Positions 12,007 through 22,866 of a DNA stretch of 30,125 bases are shown in pieces; the stretch's first letter is position 1, and every line of letters begins with the position of its first letter. The stretch spans positions 62,001 through 92,125 of the forward strand of contig MU053158.1 of assembly GCA_013239625.1 (NCBI GenBank). The letters are read 5' to 3'. Source of the stretch: Lama guanicoe. Its lineage: Eukaryota. The notes under the pieces were generated by a model. The model was given only the letters and a program-made list of their open reading frames with translations. It had not been told where the DNA came from and did no database searches. A program made the translations under genes and the position numbers.

Positions 12007-12125
12007 GAGAAAGAGAGAAAAAAAGAGCAAAAGAGAGAAAGAGAGAAAGAAAGAGAGAAAGAAAGAAGGAAAGAAAGAAAGAAAGAAAGAAAGAGAGAAA
12101 GAGAGAAAAAAAGAAAGAAAGGAAG
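11948..12125 (+). repeat. Polypurine (GAAA/GAGA)n compound microsatellite
   Basis: About 178 nt of A/G with a single C (12028); the source of the K/E/R-rich pseudo-ORFs. Confidence 0.97.
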
Positions 12126-13389
12126 TAAGTCCCTAAATTAAAAAACTACACTGAGTATAATTTATGCTTTTATTCATAATTAATGGCCTCTGAATCTTCA
12201 GTATAAGTATCAATTCTTACTGGCTTGGCAAAGTAGTAGTAAATATATCAAGAAGGTGAAATAAAAGATACATTTCCATTTCCCAGTCTGCCTCTTCCCA
12301 CAACACATACGTGTAATATACGCCTAAATAGAACAGAAAGCCCAGAGCTCTGCGTGGCTGTGGATGAGAGCACGTCAGGATAATATGAGAGAATGTACAA
12401 CTGGCTCATAATTTTAATACCTTTTTACTCGCTAATACTGAAAGGAGAAAGTGACTTTCAAAACATGTATTTTCAGCATTATACTATGTATATAATATGT
12501 ATATTACATATATACACACCTGATTTATTTATGCAATACTTCTAAAGCACCAGAGTAAAGATTTGTAAGTCTTCTGGGATGTAATGACATGTCAGGGAAG
12601 AAAATACATCTTAGGGGACATTTCTTTACCATTGATGTTACTGTAAGTGAATCTATGGCATGCCTCTAAATGAAAAACCTAATTTTTTGACTCAAATTTA
12701 AGTGACATAAGTTTAGATACATTATAGGTCTGTGTATATTACACATTTGACAGATTTTAATAGGAAAATTAATAGTTCACCCAGAAAGAAAGTCAGCAAG
12801 AAGCTGCCATGGGAAACTGCTCCATCAGTGGATTCAAAATTGGAGCAAGTTCACAGATGTTTGGTCTCTGATAAGAAAGAGGTGCCAGTGATAATTTGCC
12901 TATGGTGACCTTTTAAAATAATGTCAGTTCCCAAAGAACTACCACCATCTGGATGGTTGCTGGCTCTAAGACATAGACCTAAATTAAGTGTAGCAAGTAA
13001 GCCAGGATTATTTTAAACAATGACAAACTTATCTTAATTTGTAATAGGACTGTGTGGGCTCCCTCCTTTAGACCAATCACCCTCTCTCTGTGATTCCTAA
13101 CTATCTGGGTAATGATAAGAATTGGCTTTCACAGTGACTCTCATCACACGCCCACCTACACCACATATGAGGAGAATGAGCCCCTGTCCCTTTTCTATCC
13201 CCAAATTCCTTCTGGACAGAGATGCAGTAGAATAGGACACAAGATATATGATAGGTAACTACATGATTAATTGTTTACACCTAATTCTAGCAAAGTTATT
13301 ATGGAGAAACTATGGGTTTCTACATACTTGGAAAGGGAAATGGAAATATATCTTAAAAGTTCTTACATTATATATGAAGTGGTATGTAT

Positions 13390-13462
13390 ATATATTTTAA
13401 CTGAAATATATATGATTTATAATATTGTGTTAGTTTCAGGTGTACAGCAAAGTGATTCAGTC

Positions 13463-13506
<44 letters not shown>

Positions 13507-13585
13507 CATTTTCCATTGTAGGTTATACAAGCTATTAAATATAGTTCCCTGTGCTATATAGTAAATACTTGTTACTTAGCTATTT
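13390..13585 (-). mobile_element. Lineage-specific L1 3'UTR fragment with internal (TG)n(TA)n microsatellite
   Basis: ATATTGTGTTAGTTTCAGGTGTACAGCAAAGTGATTCAG...TATAGTTCCCTGTGCTATATAGTA. Confidence 0.9.
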
Positions 13586-13759
13586 CCACATACCTGGGAA
13601 CTCTTTCAAGCATGCAGGATCAAAAGAGCCCTTTAACAAAAATAAATTCTAACCTGAAGGACAAAGGTCTTCCTAAGTGCTCTCTAGGCATTGGGCAAAG
13701 GCACAACTAGCTAGACAAGACGTGATTCAACTGTTAATTACTATTTACTTCATTTCTTT

Positions 13760-14285
13760 CGGTTGTTCTCATTATACTAGATAATAATTATAATTTTTCA
13801 TAAAGCACTGGTCAGCTGTGCTAAGTGTCAAGAAGAGAAGCCAAGGGAAAAGCACTTAACTCTCCCAGAGGGTGATCAGAAGAGGAGGCTCTAAGAGGAG
13901 CTGGCCCATAAACAGAGGGAAAAGCCAGTACTTGAAATCCCCAAAGGCTGGATTAAGAAATTTGGACTTAAACCTAATGTTATTGCACAAGATTCTGAAG
14001 AAGGAAGTGACATGATCAAATTAGCATTTTAGGGGAAAAAAATCATTCAGGTCACTATACAGAATACAGATTGGAGCTGAGCAAGACTGTGAGAAGGAAG
14101 GCTAATTGGGACACTGTTTACTAGCTCAGGGGAGCAGTTTCAAGGAACTGAATTAGCTTAGTGACAGTGGATGTGGATGGACAGTTACTGGTGGTCAATG
14201 GAACCTGATAGGAGGGGATCTGAGTTTGACTCTGAGGACGCTGGGTTAAAAGCAGGCTGTATCGTGTTGCCATTCGGTCAGCAAC
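13760..14285 (-). mobile_element. L2 LINE fragment
   Basis: TAAGAAATTTGGACTTAAACCTAA...GAAGTGACATGATCAAATTAGCATTTTAG...ATCATTCAGG...GGAACTGAATTAG. Confidence 0.7.
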
Positions 14286-15013
14286 AAAATTAAAGCACTA
14301 GCTTTAAACTAGCTCTAGTATTAAGTGTCTAGGAAGAAATAAAATATTCTTTTGTAGTTTGTGTAACTGCATTTGTGAGAAAACTAGTTTGCCTTGAGGG
14401 TAGTGCCAATTGTACATTTCAATCACTTACTGAAATGTTAGATTTCCTATAGTCTGACAAAAAAAAAACAACACTACATATCTTCAAACTTCTCCTTTTG
14501 TGGATGACTAATATTTCTTTTCTTTCAACACAGGCAGATATACAGAGTCTAATTTTTAAATTTACTAAAGAGTGAAACTTGCATACACAATAGTCTTATC
14601 TTTCTTAGTTAAGATTAATGATAAACAATGAAGCAAGTAACTCATTTCCAATAAGAGATTTTTGGCCACATCTTTCTTCTCTCTTATCTAACAAAATATG
14701 GTGTAGTCTGACAGGTCACACTTGGGAAAGCAACATAATGAATCATCTTTAACACAATGATTTCACATCTTGACCATCACAGAAACATCTTCTGTATAAG
14801 TAAAATCATAACTTCTTTTAAACTCCAAATCATTTGTATTGTACAATATCATTTTATATGTATCATTATATTACTAAAAAGTAACATAAAGTCAGGATAA
14901 ATTTCAGTAATAAACTTCTAATCTAAGTTTCTGGACAAATAAAAGATAATTACCTTTCAGAGTTGGCTAAACCCAGAAGACAAAAATCAATGAAGGATTA
15001 AAGAACACCAAGC

Positions 15014-15470
15014 CATGGCAGCCTGAATTATGGCCCCCAAGGATGTCAACGTTTGAATCCATGGAATCTGTATATATGTTATTTTATATGGTAAAAGAGA
15101 CTTTATAGATGTGGTTAAGTAAGGGATTTTAAGATGGGGAGATTATTCTGGATTATCAGAGAGTACCCAACGCAATTATGGGTGTCTTTATAAGTGGGAG
15201 GCAGTGATAGACTTGACTAATAGGGAGGTGACCTGACAATAGAAGCAGAGATGGGAAGAAGGTGGTTTGAGGCAGCCTCTAGAAGCTGGAATAGGCAAGG
15301 AACAGATCTCTCCAGGAGACTCAGGAAAGAACCAACCCTGCTGACTCCTTGAGCCAAGAAAGACTCATTTTGGACTTCTGACCTTCAGAACTATAGTAAA
15401 GTTAAATTGTGTTGTTTTAAACAACTAAGTTTGTAGTGATTTATTAGAGCAGCAATAGGAAACTAGTATC
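15014..15470 (+). mobile_element. MLT1D-like MaLR 5' LTR
   Basis: GAATTATGGCCCCCAAGGATGTC...GATGGGGAGATTATTCTGGATTATC...GCAGCCTCTAGAAGCTGGAATAGGCAAGGAACAGAT...GCAGCAATAGGAAACTAGTA. Confidence 0.9.
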
Positions 15471-16490
15471 GATTTTGACATCTTGAAACAGGATGCTGCT
15501 ATTAATACCCCAAAGTGTCGAAGTGGCTTTAGAATCAGGTGATGGGAAAAGACTGAAAGAATTATGAGGAGCATAATAGAAAAGAATGTAAATACAGTAG
15601 AAAAATGTTCAATTCAAATCAAGCTAGCATTACAGCTACCTGATGTTTTCTTGTAAGTTTCTTTACTGTTGGTTCCTCTAAATATAATGCAAACTCATTA
15701 AGAACCAAATTCCTCTCTGTGTTGATGGCTGTTGTGTCCCCTGTACTTCAAACAGTGCTTTCAGTTGCTGAGCTCTTAAGAAATACGTGTAGTATTTCAA
15801 AATGAAATTTTTTAAAATGTAAATTTCCTTGAAAAGATGATTAGTAGAAATATGAATGTTAATGACTCTGGCTACTGAGAACTCAGAAGGGAGTGAGAAG
15901 CATGGTAGAGCCTACATCATGTTAGAGAATCCCTAAAGCGTCATGAACAGACTACCAATAGAATTATAGAGGGTAAAGATTCTGTTCTTAACATCTCTTA
16001 AGGAAAGGAGGAACATATCACTGGCAAGTGGAGGAAAGGATACCTTATCACAAAGTGGCAGAACTCTGCAGAATTCTGTTCCATAGTTTTGTAAAAGCAA
16101 AATAACAAAACAGAACTTGTAAGTGATGAAATTAGAAATTTAGCTGAGAAAATTTCCCAAGAATATGATGGAAGTGCAGCATGCTTTCTCTTGCTACTTT
16201 TGGTGAAATGCAAGCAGAAAGAGATAGACTGCAACTGTTAAGCAAAATGAACTAGTACTTGATGTTTGGGGGAATTCTTAGCCTATCCATATTAAAAAAA
16301 ACCAAACAAACCCAGAATGCTACATTGGATAGTCACCGTCAGGAAGCAGTGCTCTCGAGAAAGCCTCGTGTGTGGTTGACAACCTTTTGCTAGTGCCTCT
16401 GAAGTATCAAAAGGTAAATTATTGTCACACAGAGGGTCCTTGAGATTAGGTAGGTGTCTCAGATCTCCTCAGCCATCTCAGTAGAAGCCA
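15471..16490 (+). mobile_element. MLT1 internal sequence (interrupted at 15594-15824)
   Basis: Starts GATTTTG immediately after the LTR; AAGTGGCTTTAGAATCAGGTGATGGG; GGAGGAAAGGATACCTTATCACAAAGTGGCAGA; TTTAGCTGAGAAAATTTCC. Confidence 0.82.
15626..15797 (+). mobile_element. L2 3'-end fragment within an insert in the MLT1 internal region
   Basis: TAGCATTACAGCTACCTGATGTTTTCTTGTA...GCTGTTGTGTCCCCTGTACTTCAAACAGTGC...GCTCTTAAGAAATACGTG resembles the L2 3' terminus. Confidence 0.6.
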
Positions 16491-16704
16491 CACTCTAATT
16501 TTCAAAGATCCCTGTCCATCCCACATTTATCCCATCCAAAGTCTTCACAATTCTTAATCCTTTACAACATCAATTCAAGTCCAAAATCTCACAGAAGTCT
16601 CATAAGCTGAAAATTCCCAAATCTCATCATCTAAATTCGGGGTGAGTGAGGTTTTAGATATAATCCATCCTGGGGCAAAAATCCTCTCCATCTGTGGACC
16701 TGTG
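16491..16704 (-). mobile_element. Inverted 3' end of MLT1 internal sequence
   Basis: Reverse complement CACAGGTCCACAGATGGAGAGGATTTTTGCCCCAGGATGG...GAGATTTTGGACTTGAATTGATG matches the recalled MLT1-int 3' end. Confidence 0.75.
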
Positions 16705-16813
16705 GGAACCATTTTGGACTTATAATCATCAGAACTGTAACAGAATCAATATATCCTGTTTAAACTATAAACTTTGTATTAACTTGTTTTAGCAGTGATG
16801 AGAAACTAATAAG
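16705..16813 (+). mobile_element. 3' remnant of the MLT1D-like 3' LTR
   Basis: CCATTTTGGACTTATAATCATCAGAACTGTAA...GCAGTGATGAGAAACTAATA parallels 15364-15469 and is followed by TAAGC, matching CAAGC before the 5' LTR. Confidence 0.75.
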
Positions 16814-17029
16814 TAAGCTTTAAAATTTCTTTAAAAATTTAGTGTTTGTATTTGGTAACCTCTCCAAGCAATAAGCAGAAGACCAATGGAACTTTGTCAA
16901 AAACAGCGTTCACCATTTCCTAGCAGATTTTTTTTTCTGACAACAAAGTGGAAAAATTTATAGATTAGGAAATCAGTAAAAACATTCTGACTTACATGAT
17001 ATATTTTCATCTGTTTGAGAATTAAGATT

Positions 17030-17200
17030 ATTTTAAACTCTAACCTTACTATATTCTGTTAGGTCAGTAGCCTTTGACAAGTTACTGAACTTTTCTGAGT
17101 CTCAGACTGGTAGTGTATAAAGGAAGGGAAGTAACAATACCAAGTTTCCAAGACAACTATGGCAATAAAACGACGTTTTTTGTAAATTCTAAAATAAGAG
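17030..17200 (+). mobile_element. MIR SINE
   Basis: GCCTTTGACAAGTTACTGAACTTTTCTGAGTCTCAG. Confidence 0.65.
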
Positions 17201-18456
17201 CAATGTTAACCTTTTATTATTTTCACTTTACTTCATTACTGTATTATTATTTTAATATTTGTTTAAAACCCCATTGATCAAGGAAGAAAAAAAAAGATGC
17301 ATTATTTTACTTAGGGATTTATTTTTTAAATATTTGGAATTATAAATGATAAAGATAACTTATTTTTTGCATCATTCAAATTTGCTTCAAATTATAACAA
17401 CTCATACTTTAAAAGCACAATTTTATTTTGTGCATGAACTGAGAACAATTAAGGATAGATTTGAGGTATTTCTCATTTTAAAAAACCTAGTTCACAACAA
17501 TTTAGATTTACAGAACATTTTAGTGAGCTATTATTTATTTAAAAGGAATCACCTAAAGATTCCTTTGAATAACTACTAACAGGAAAGAAGTATTCATGTA
17601 AATACAAAATACCTACAATATAATATTTTTAAATAGTTTTGTTGATATTATGCAGCATTCTCCAGAACAGAATTGATTTTCTTTGCATATATATACATTT
17701 TGTTTAACTTTAGAATAAAATCCTACAATGCACACAAGAGCTACTTTTAAGCTCAATATGAATATTCACAAGAATGCATATTATTAATAAAATTAGAGAC
17801 ATTTATTTTATACTTCTGAATTTTTTTTTTACATACAAGATTCAAATTCTCTTAAATATTTCCTATCTTGAATTAGGAAAAATGCATTTTAAGGTCAAAT
17901 GATTTGTTGTCAGTTTGACTTCAAATAAAAACAAGGATATTAAATAGGATAAGACATATAAGGTACCTAGCAAAATTCTTGGCTCACAACAGGAATGCAA
18001 AAAGTAGAAACAGCTGTAGAACAATAAAAATATCATAGCTATATTATATTATTATATTATTACTAATGCTGCCAATTTAGAAAGGACCAAAGTGTTATAC
18101 GCATATCCTCATATGGATGAAAGACTGTCTATGCAAACATACTTTATAAGTTTTTAATTCAGCCACAGAAAGAGTTAAATGTTTAAAGGAACAAAGTAAT
18201 AGTTTTATGTGATATGTATTTGAATTGAACATATTTGGTTTATTTTTTTAACTAGTTACAAGTTTTTAAAAACTCACATTATTTAGGTGTTATCATGTAC
18301 AAAAACCCCCAAAAAATGGCATTTAAGATTTCCTTTTCTTTGATACCATGAGTCTTTCTTCTTCACACCTTTTTTATGAGGTAACATGCCGATATTATTA
18401 GTGTATAACATCCACTTGGATATTGAACTTCAGATCATATTGCAATTTAGCACCAT

Positions 18457-18575
18457 TAAAATCAAAATCAGAAATAATCAGAATTAGAAATCATATTTTC
18501 AAAAGTCAGAATCAGAAATAAAATCAGTATCAGAATCAGAAATCAGAAATAAGCAGGATAACACTAGAAATCATA
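18457..18575 (+). repeat. Degenerate (AATCAG/AAATCAG)n simple repeat
   Basis: Repeated ATCAGAA units, e.g. GTCAGAATCAGAAATAAAATCAGTATCAGAATCAGAAATCAGAAAT. Confidence 0.75.
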
Positions 18576-19219
18576 TCTAACTTTATTCCCATAATCTAGC
18601 TTTTAAAACATTAAATCACTTCTTAATCTTGAAAAATTACTAAAAGCACAACATTATAAACTTGGGAGTTTTTCTTGTCATCTTCATTAATTATATATAA
18701 TTTCATCACTACTGAATCAAGTAATATTAATATTAACATAGTATAATATCCTATATTTAGTCTCACTATGTCCTCATTTTTATTCATGTTTGTGGTAGAA
18801 CATCTGTTTGGTTGACATTTTAAAGGTGCCTGTACTGAAATAAGGCTAAGAAATGTTATTTGACACCTCGTATAACTAAAAGTAATAAGAAAACTGCATA
18901 AGTGTTACAAACAAAATTTACTTTTAAACATCTTTATGTGACAAGGAAATAATTTCAGCCAATCACAGTGCTTAGATTTTAAAATGATGCAGTGTTGATG
19001 TACATAGCAAAAATAAGTCTAGAAAGAAGTGGGTATTATGGTATGCAATGAGACTCTGACCCAATAAATAAAGGTTAATAGTGTATATAGAACAAAATAC
19101 ATGGTTTAAATTCCAGCTTTCTGTAAAGAGAAGCAATTTGAATACAATCAAAAGCAATGTCATTTTTCTCAATATATGTTTGCTTGTATACACATACAGA
19201 GGATTCTTACAATAACAAC

Positions 19220-19435
19220 ACACACTTGTTCTGTGCCTTACACTGGGCAATACATTTTCACATGTATCAATATTAACCTTACACCCACACTCTAAAACAG
19301 ACAACAGAGTTTTTGATCTCCATTTGATATATTAGATAGCTGAGATTCAAAAAGATTAGGTTCCAAAGTTTACTCAATTGTAGTGAAGTGGAAGTTGGAG
19401 CTCAAATTCAAATTTTCTCATGCTGAACTCCAAAC
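19220..19435 (-). mobile_element. MIR SINE
   Basis: ACTTGTTCTGTGCCTTACACTGGGC...ATCTCCATTTGATAT...GCTGAGATTCAAAAAGATTAGG...GGAGCTCAAATTCAAA. Confidence 0.6.
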
Positions 19436-21034
19436 AACTAGATTTTGAGATGGTTATTAATAAGTATTAGAATCCGTGTACACTAATCATAAAGAGGAAA
19501 CAGCACACTTCCTGTTACAACAAGCCTTCTGGAGTTCTTTGAAGGAATGATGATAATGAATAATGTTGGGGTTCAAAGGGATGCCAAGTAAATATTTCCC
19601 CTCCTCTCTGCCAAAGTCTGAAACAACTGAGAGTAAGACAAAAGATTATAGGGGTGTGGAACAAAATATTACCATTATCACTACTGAACTTGGGACTGAG
19701 GAATGTGGCTTGGACATATGGGAATCGTGGACTTCATACTGTTAGTCCCAGAAAACCAGAAAGACATAACCTTCCAATTACCCACAACCCAGGACCACTA
19801 CAAGCCTTTCCATGGGCCAGAGCCTTTGCTTTCAAACTAAACCCATAACCGAGAGTATCTGACTTCCATAGGCAGGCAGAACTCAAAGGAAAGAAGAGGC
19901 CAAGTTTCCCGACCCAGTTTATTTCAATACTGACACTCAGGTGAGTGAAGAGGTAGAGAGGGACAAGCATGGTAACTAGTGGAGCGCATCCTACAGGGAA
20001 GAAAATATCAGGAATGAGAAAGAAATGTTTCTTTCTCCCTAAAATAGGTGATAAATACTCATACAGGTAAGAAATACAAGTGATGACTATTTAGATGACT
20101 TTCAAAAAGTCATCAGGTGCCAATATTTGCCACAAAGGGAGATGCAAAAAATTACTGTTAATGAAAAGATAGGAGTCCTACTATCCGGATAAATATTTTA
20201 TTCCAGTGAGACACAGTGGCATCCCCCTATTTATGCTAGAACAGCAGGCCTATTTTAAAAATAATCTCTAAAGATGTGCTATTCCTGACTTTTCCTGCAT
20301 TCTCTTACACTAATACAAGGAAGGAAGTGAGCAGTTTATTAAAAGAACTTAGTTGAGGCCGAGTATTATCTCCTAACTAGAGCTAGCTTAAATGGGTTGT
20401 GTTCCTCCCGCCTCGCCCTTAGAGGGGAGTTTATTTACCTAAATCCTTAGTTTGGAATTTCTAATATAGTAGTGAGTCTTAGACTCCAGTCACCCTGACC
20501 CCTGGCACTGGATTTTTAACTATAATCAAATTCCTTATCCATATAATGGGATAGCACAGATTTTGGGCCCCTGATACCAACTTTCACTGGAGCTACGGCT
20601 AAAGATAGTCAGATTCCTTTGTCACCATTCATGTCATTTTGGATAAATTGTGTCCGACCGCCGTGTTTTTAGCTTGTGTCACTCCCTATCGGGGATCAGC
20701 CCAGTTTTTCTTTGACAGTCCGCTCCATTCTGCGTAGGCATCCACCCTGGTGACAAGTTCTGTGATGTCACAAGAAGCATATAACTAAACTGAAATGTAC
20801 TTGGCAAACCTTAAACTTCTTCAAATAATAAATAACGTTCACATAATAAGTAGCAGTGAGATCCTATGTATTTGTTTTCACAGGAAAACCAATAATTATA
20901 TGTCCATTTGGGAAAAATAGAAGTCATGATTTGGGGGGTGGGAAGTGGAATGGAGAGAATAATCCACATTGTCCTCAAAACTCTTTCTTCTGCCACACAG
21001 AAAGCCCCTGATAATCACTGCCCTAATCCTGCAC

Positions 21035-21150
21035 TAGTCAGTGTGTCTGCACACTGGCAGTATCGCCTGGGAACTTCCTAGAAATGCAGAATTTCAGACC
21101 CCAACTTAGACCTCCCTAATTAGCAGGTGGTGCCTGTGCACATGGTACCA
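21035..21150 (+). mobile_element. MER5A-like hAT-Charlie fragment
   Basis: GCAGTATCGCCTGGGAACTTCCTAGAAATGCAGAATTTCAGACCCCA. Confidence 0.7.
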
Positions 21151-21360
21151 AGATGTGCAGGACTGTCCACGAACACAGCTGTTCAAAGAGCCTTTGGAGC
21201 CCAAAGCATGCTGGGAAATGGGGAAAAGTATTTAGGAATAAAACTGAAATGATTGTCTCCTCCTTGTTCAAAACAATGGAGAATCCACATCCGAAAAATC
21301 TCCTCGATCCACCTCAAGAAATAAGGGAGCTGAAGAAAGTCTGGACAATGATAAACTTAA

Positions 21361-21710
21361 ATCTGAGGGCTACCACGTGTGGAAGGGCCAGAGGCTCGTT
21401 CAGACCACAAACGTGAGAGATGACGCCACAGCGATCAAAGCTGTGACATCACAGGAGGCACGAAGAGCGTGTCCGCTGACATTAGTGTCAGAGAACTGCT
21501 GAAGCCGGAGAGAGGCGTCTGTCCTCTCCCCAAGCAAATGTAGATGAAGTGCCTGTTACTCTGACAGCCAAGCAGCTGGTTGTAGTTATCAGCAGTTTAC
21601 TTCCAAGCCAGGTTCAGTCAGGATGGAATCTCGACCGAGCGAGAGGAATCTGAAGACCTGGAGGCCAAGACAGTGACCTGGCTCCGCATCAAAAGTCTAA
21701 AAGTCGTTTC
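21361..21710. promoter_or_regulatory. Candidate cis-regulatory patch (CpG-enriched, CRE-like and E-box motifs)
   Basis: 15 CpGs counted in 350 bp against a CpG-poor background; CACGTG (21374), TGACGCCA (21421), TGTGACATCACA (21442), CTGACA-N4-TGTCAG (21476). Confidence 0.35.
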
Positions 21711-22631
21711 TGCTTCCCTCCCCATCCCCAACCACCCTTTCTTCCACAGGGGCTCGCTTCAATTATTTTTGCTGCCTGCCAGTCGTTTCCAATTATTAAG
21801 CGGGACTTCACACATTCTTCACCCCTTGGCTCACTGGCACGGATGTGCTTTGATATCTTTTGCTTATCTGATCTCTAACCGACAACTGCTCAGACACCCC
21901 AGCTTATCAGCGTCTGACATTCCTTCAGGCCACCTCGGCTCTTGCTGAGGGAGTGACTTAAGGCTGCTAGAGAGAGGGTATGGACTTCATTCAAAAAACG
22001 GATGTATTTCTTTACATAATAGTAAAGGTATCCTGTAAATAGTAGACTATGGAACTAAAAATAGATTTAAGAAGGTTTGATACTAAAATCACTAAATCTG
22101 TGGGAATCCATAAATCCATAAAATTATTAAAATCCATGTGGATATTTGAACGAAGAAAGAAGACTTAAATATTCCTTGTTAATATGTTGGAGGACATCTC
22201 ATAAAACACCCCTAAGTGGGTGGAAACAGAGCACTGAAGAGATGGAGCATGTTCCCTCCCAGCATGATAGCTTTTTATTCTCAGTTATAAATTAATAACA
22301 TTATCTACTTCTAAACTCTCATAATGGTTAGGGAAACTGAGGGACAAAATGAAATCTCTGGTAATATTTAGTATAGTTATGTTAGTTTGTTCTCAATTGT
22401 TTCTATGCACACAGGATATACTTTTTAAGTTTCCAGATATTTTAGCATTCTTTAATGATGTTTACTTATAAACCCGATTCTCTTTTCTTTTCCATGATAT
22501 GGGAAGCAGATGGATTGACAGAAATGTACAGAAGTCCGCAATATGATGTATTTATATGAGAGGACATTTATAGAACTGAAATTGTGGACTGGGAAGGAAT
22601 TTAGTTCAGAGAAGAATAAAAAAAGAGAGAA

Positions 22632-22866
22632 GTGGAGGATTAAGAGGTATAAACCATCAGGTATAAAATGAGCTACACGGGTGTATTGTACAACAGAGGG
22701 AATATAGCCAACATTTTATAATAGCTATAAATGGAGTATAACCTTTAAAAATTGTGAATTTTTATATTGTATACCTGTAACATGTAATATTGTACATCAA
22801 CTATATTTCAATTTAAGAAATATGGTATTGTAAAATAAATACATAAATAAATTTTTTTTAAAAAAA
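22632..22866 (+). mobile_element. L1 3'UTR end, heavily 5'-truncated
   Basis: GGATTAAGAGGTATAAACC...TATTGTACAACAGAGGGAATATAGCCAA...AATATTGTACATCAACTATATTTCAAT plus A-rich tail. Confidence 0.85.

Noticed and set aside
11808..12141. K/E/R-rich ORFs in three frames
   Set aside because: Translation of the (GAAA)n tract and hexamer repeat, which are stop-free by composition.
19564..19995. Possible unassigned LTR (TG...CA, ~430 bp, higher GC)
   Set aside because: No matching TSD and I cannot assign a family; needs a Dfam search.
20094..20114. 9-bp hairpin GATGACTTT-CAA-AAAGTCATC
   Set aside because: A stem this short is plausible by chance in 30 kb of AT-rich DNA, and there is no supporting context.
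20405..20430. GC-box / CTCF-like CCTCCCGCCTCGCCCTTAGAGGGGAG
   Set aside because: Several mismatches to the CTCF core; a single weak motif is not supportable without ChIP or conservation data.
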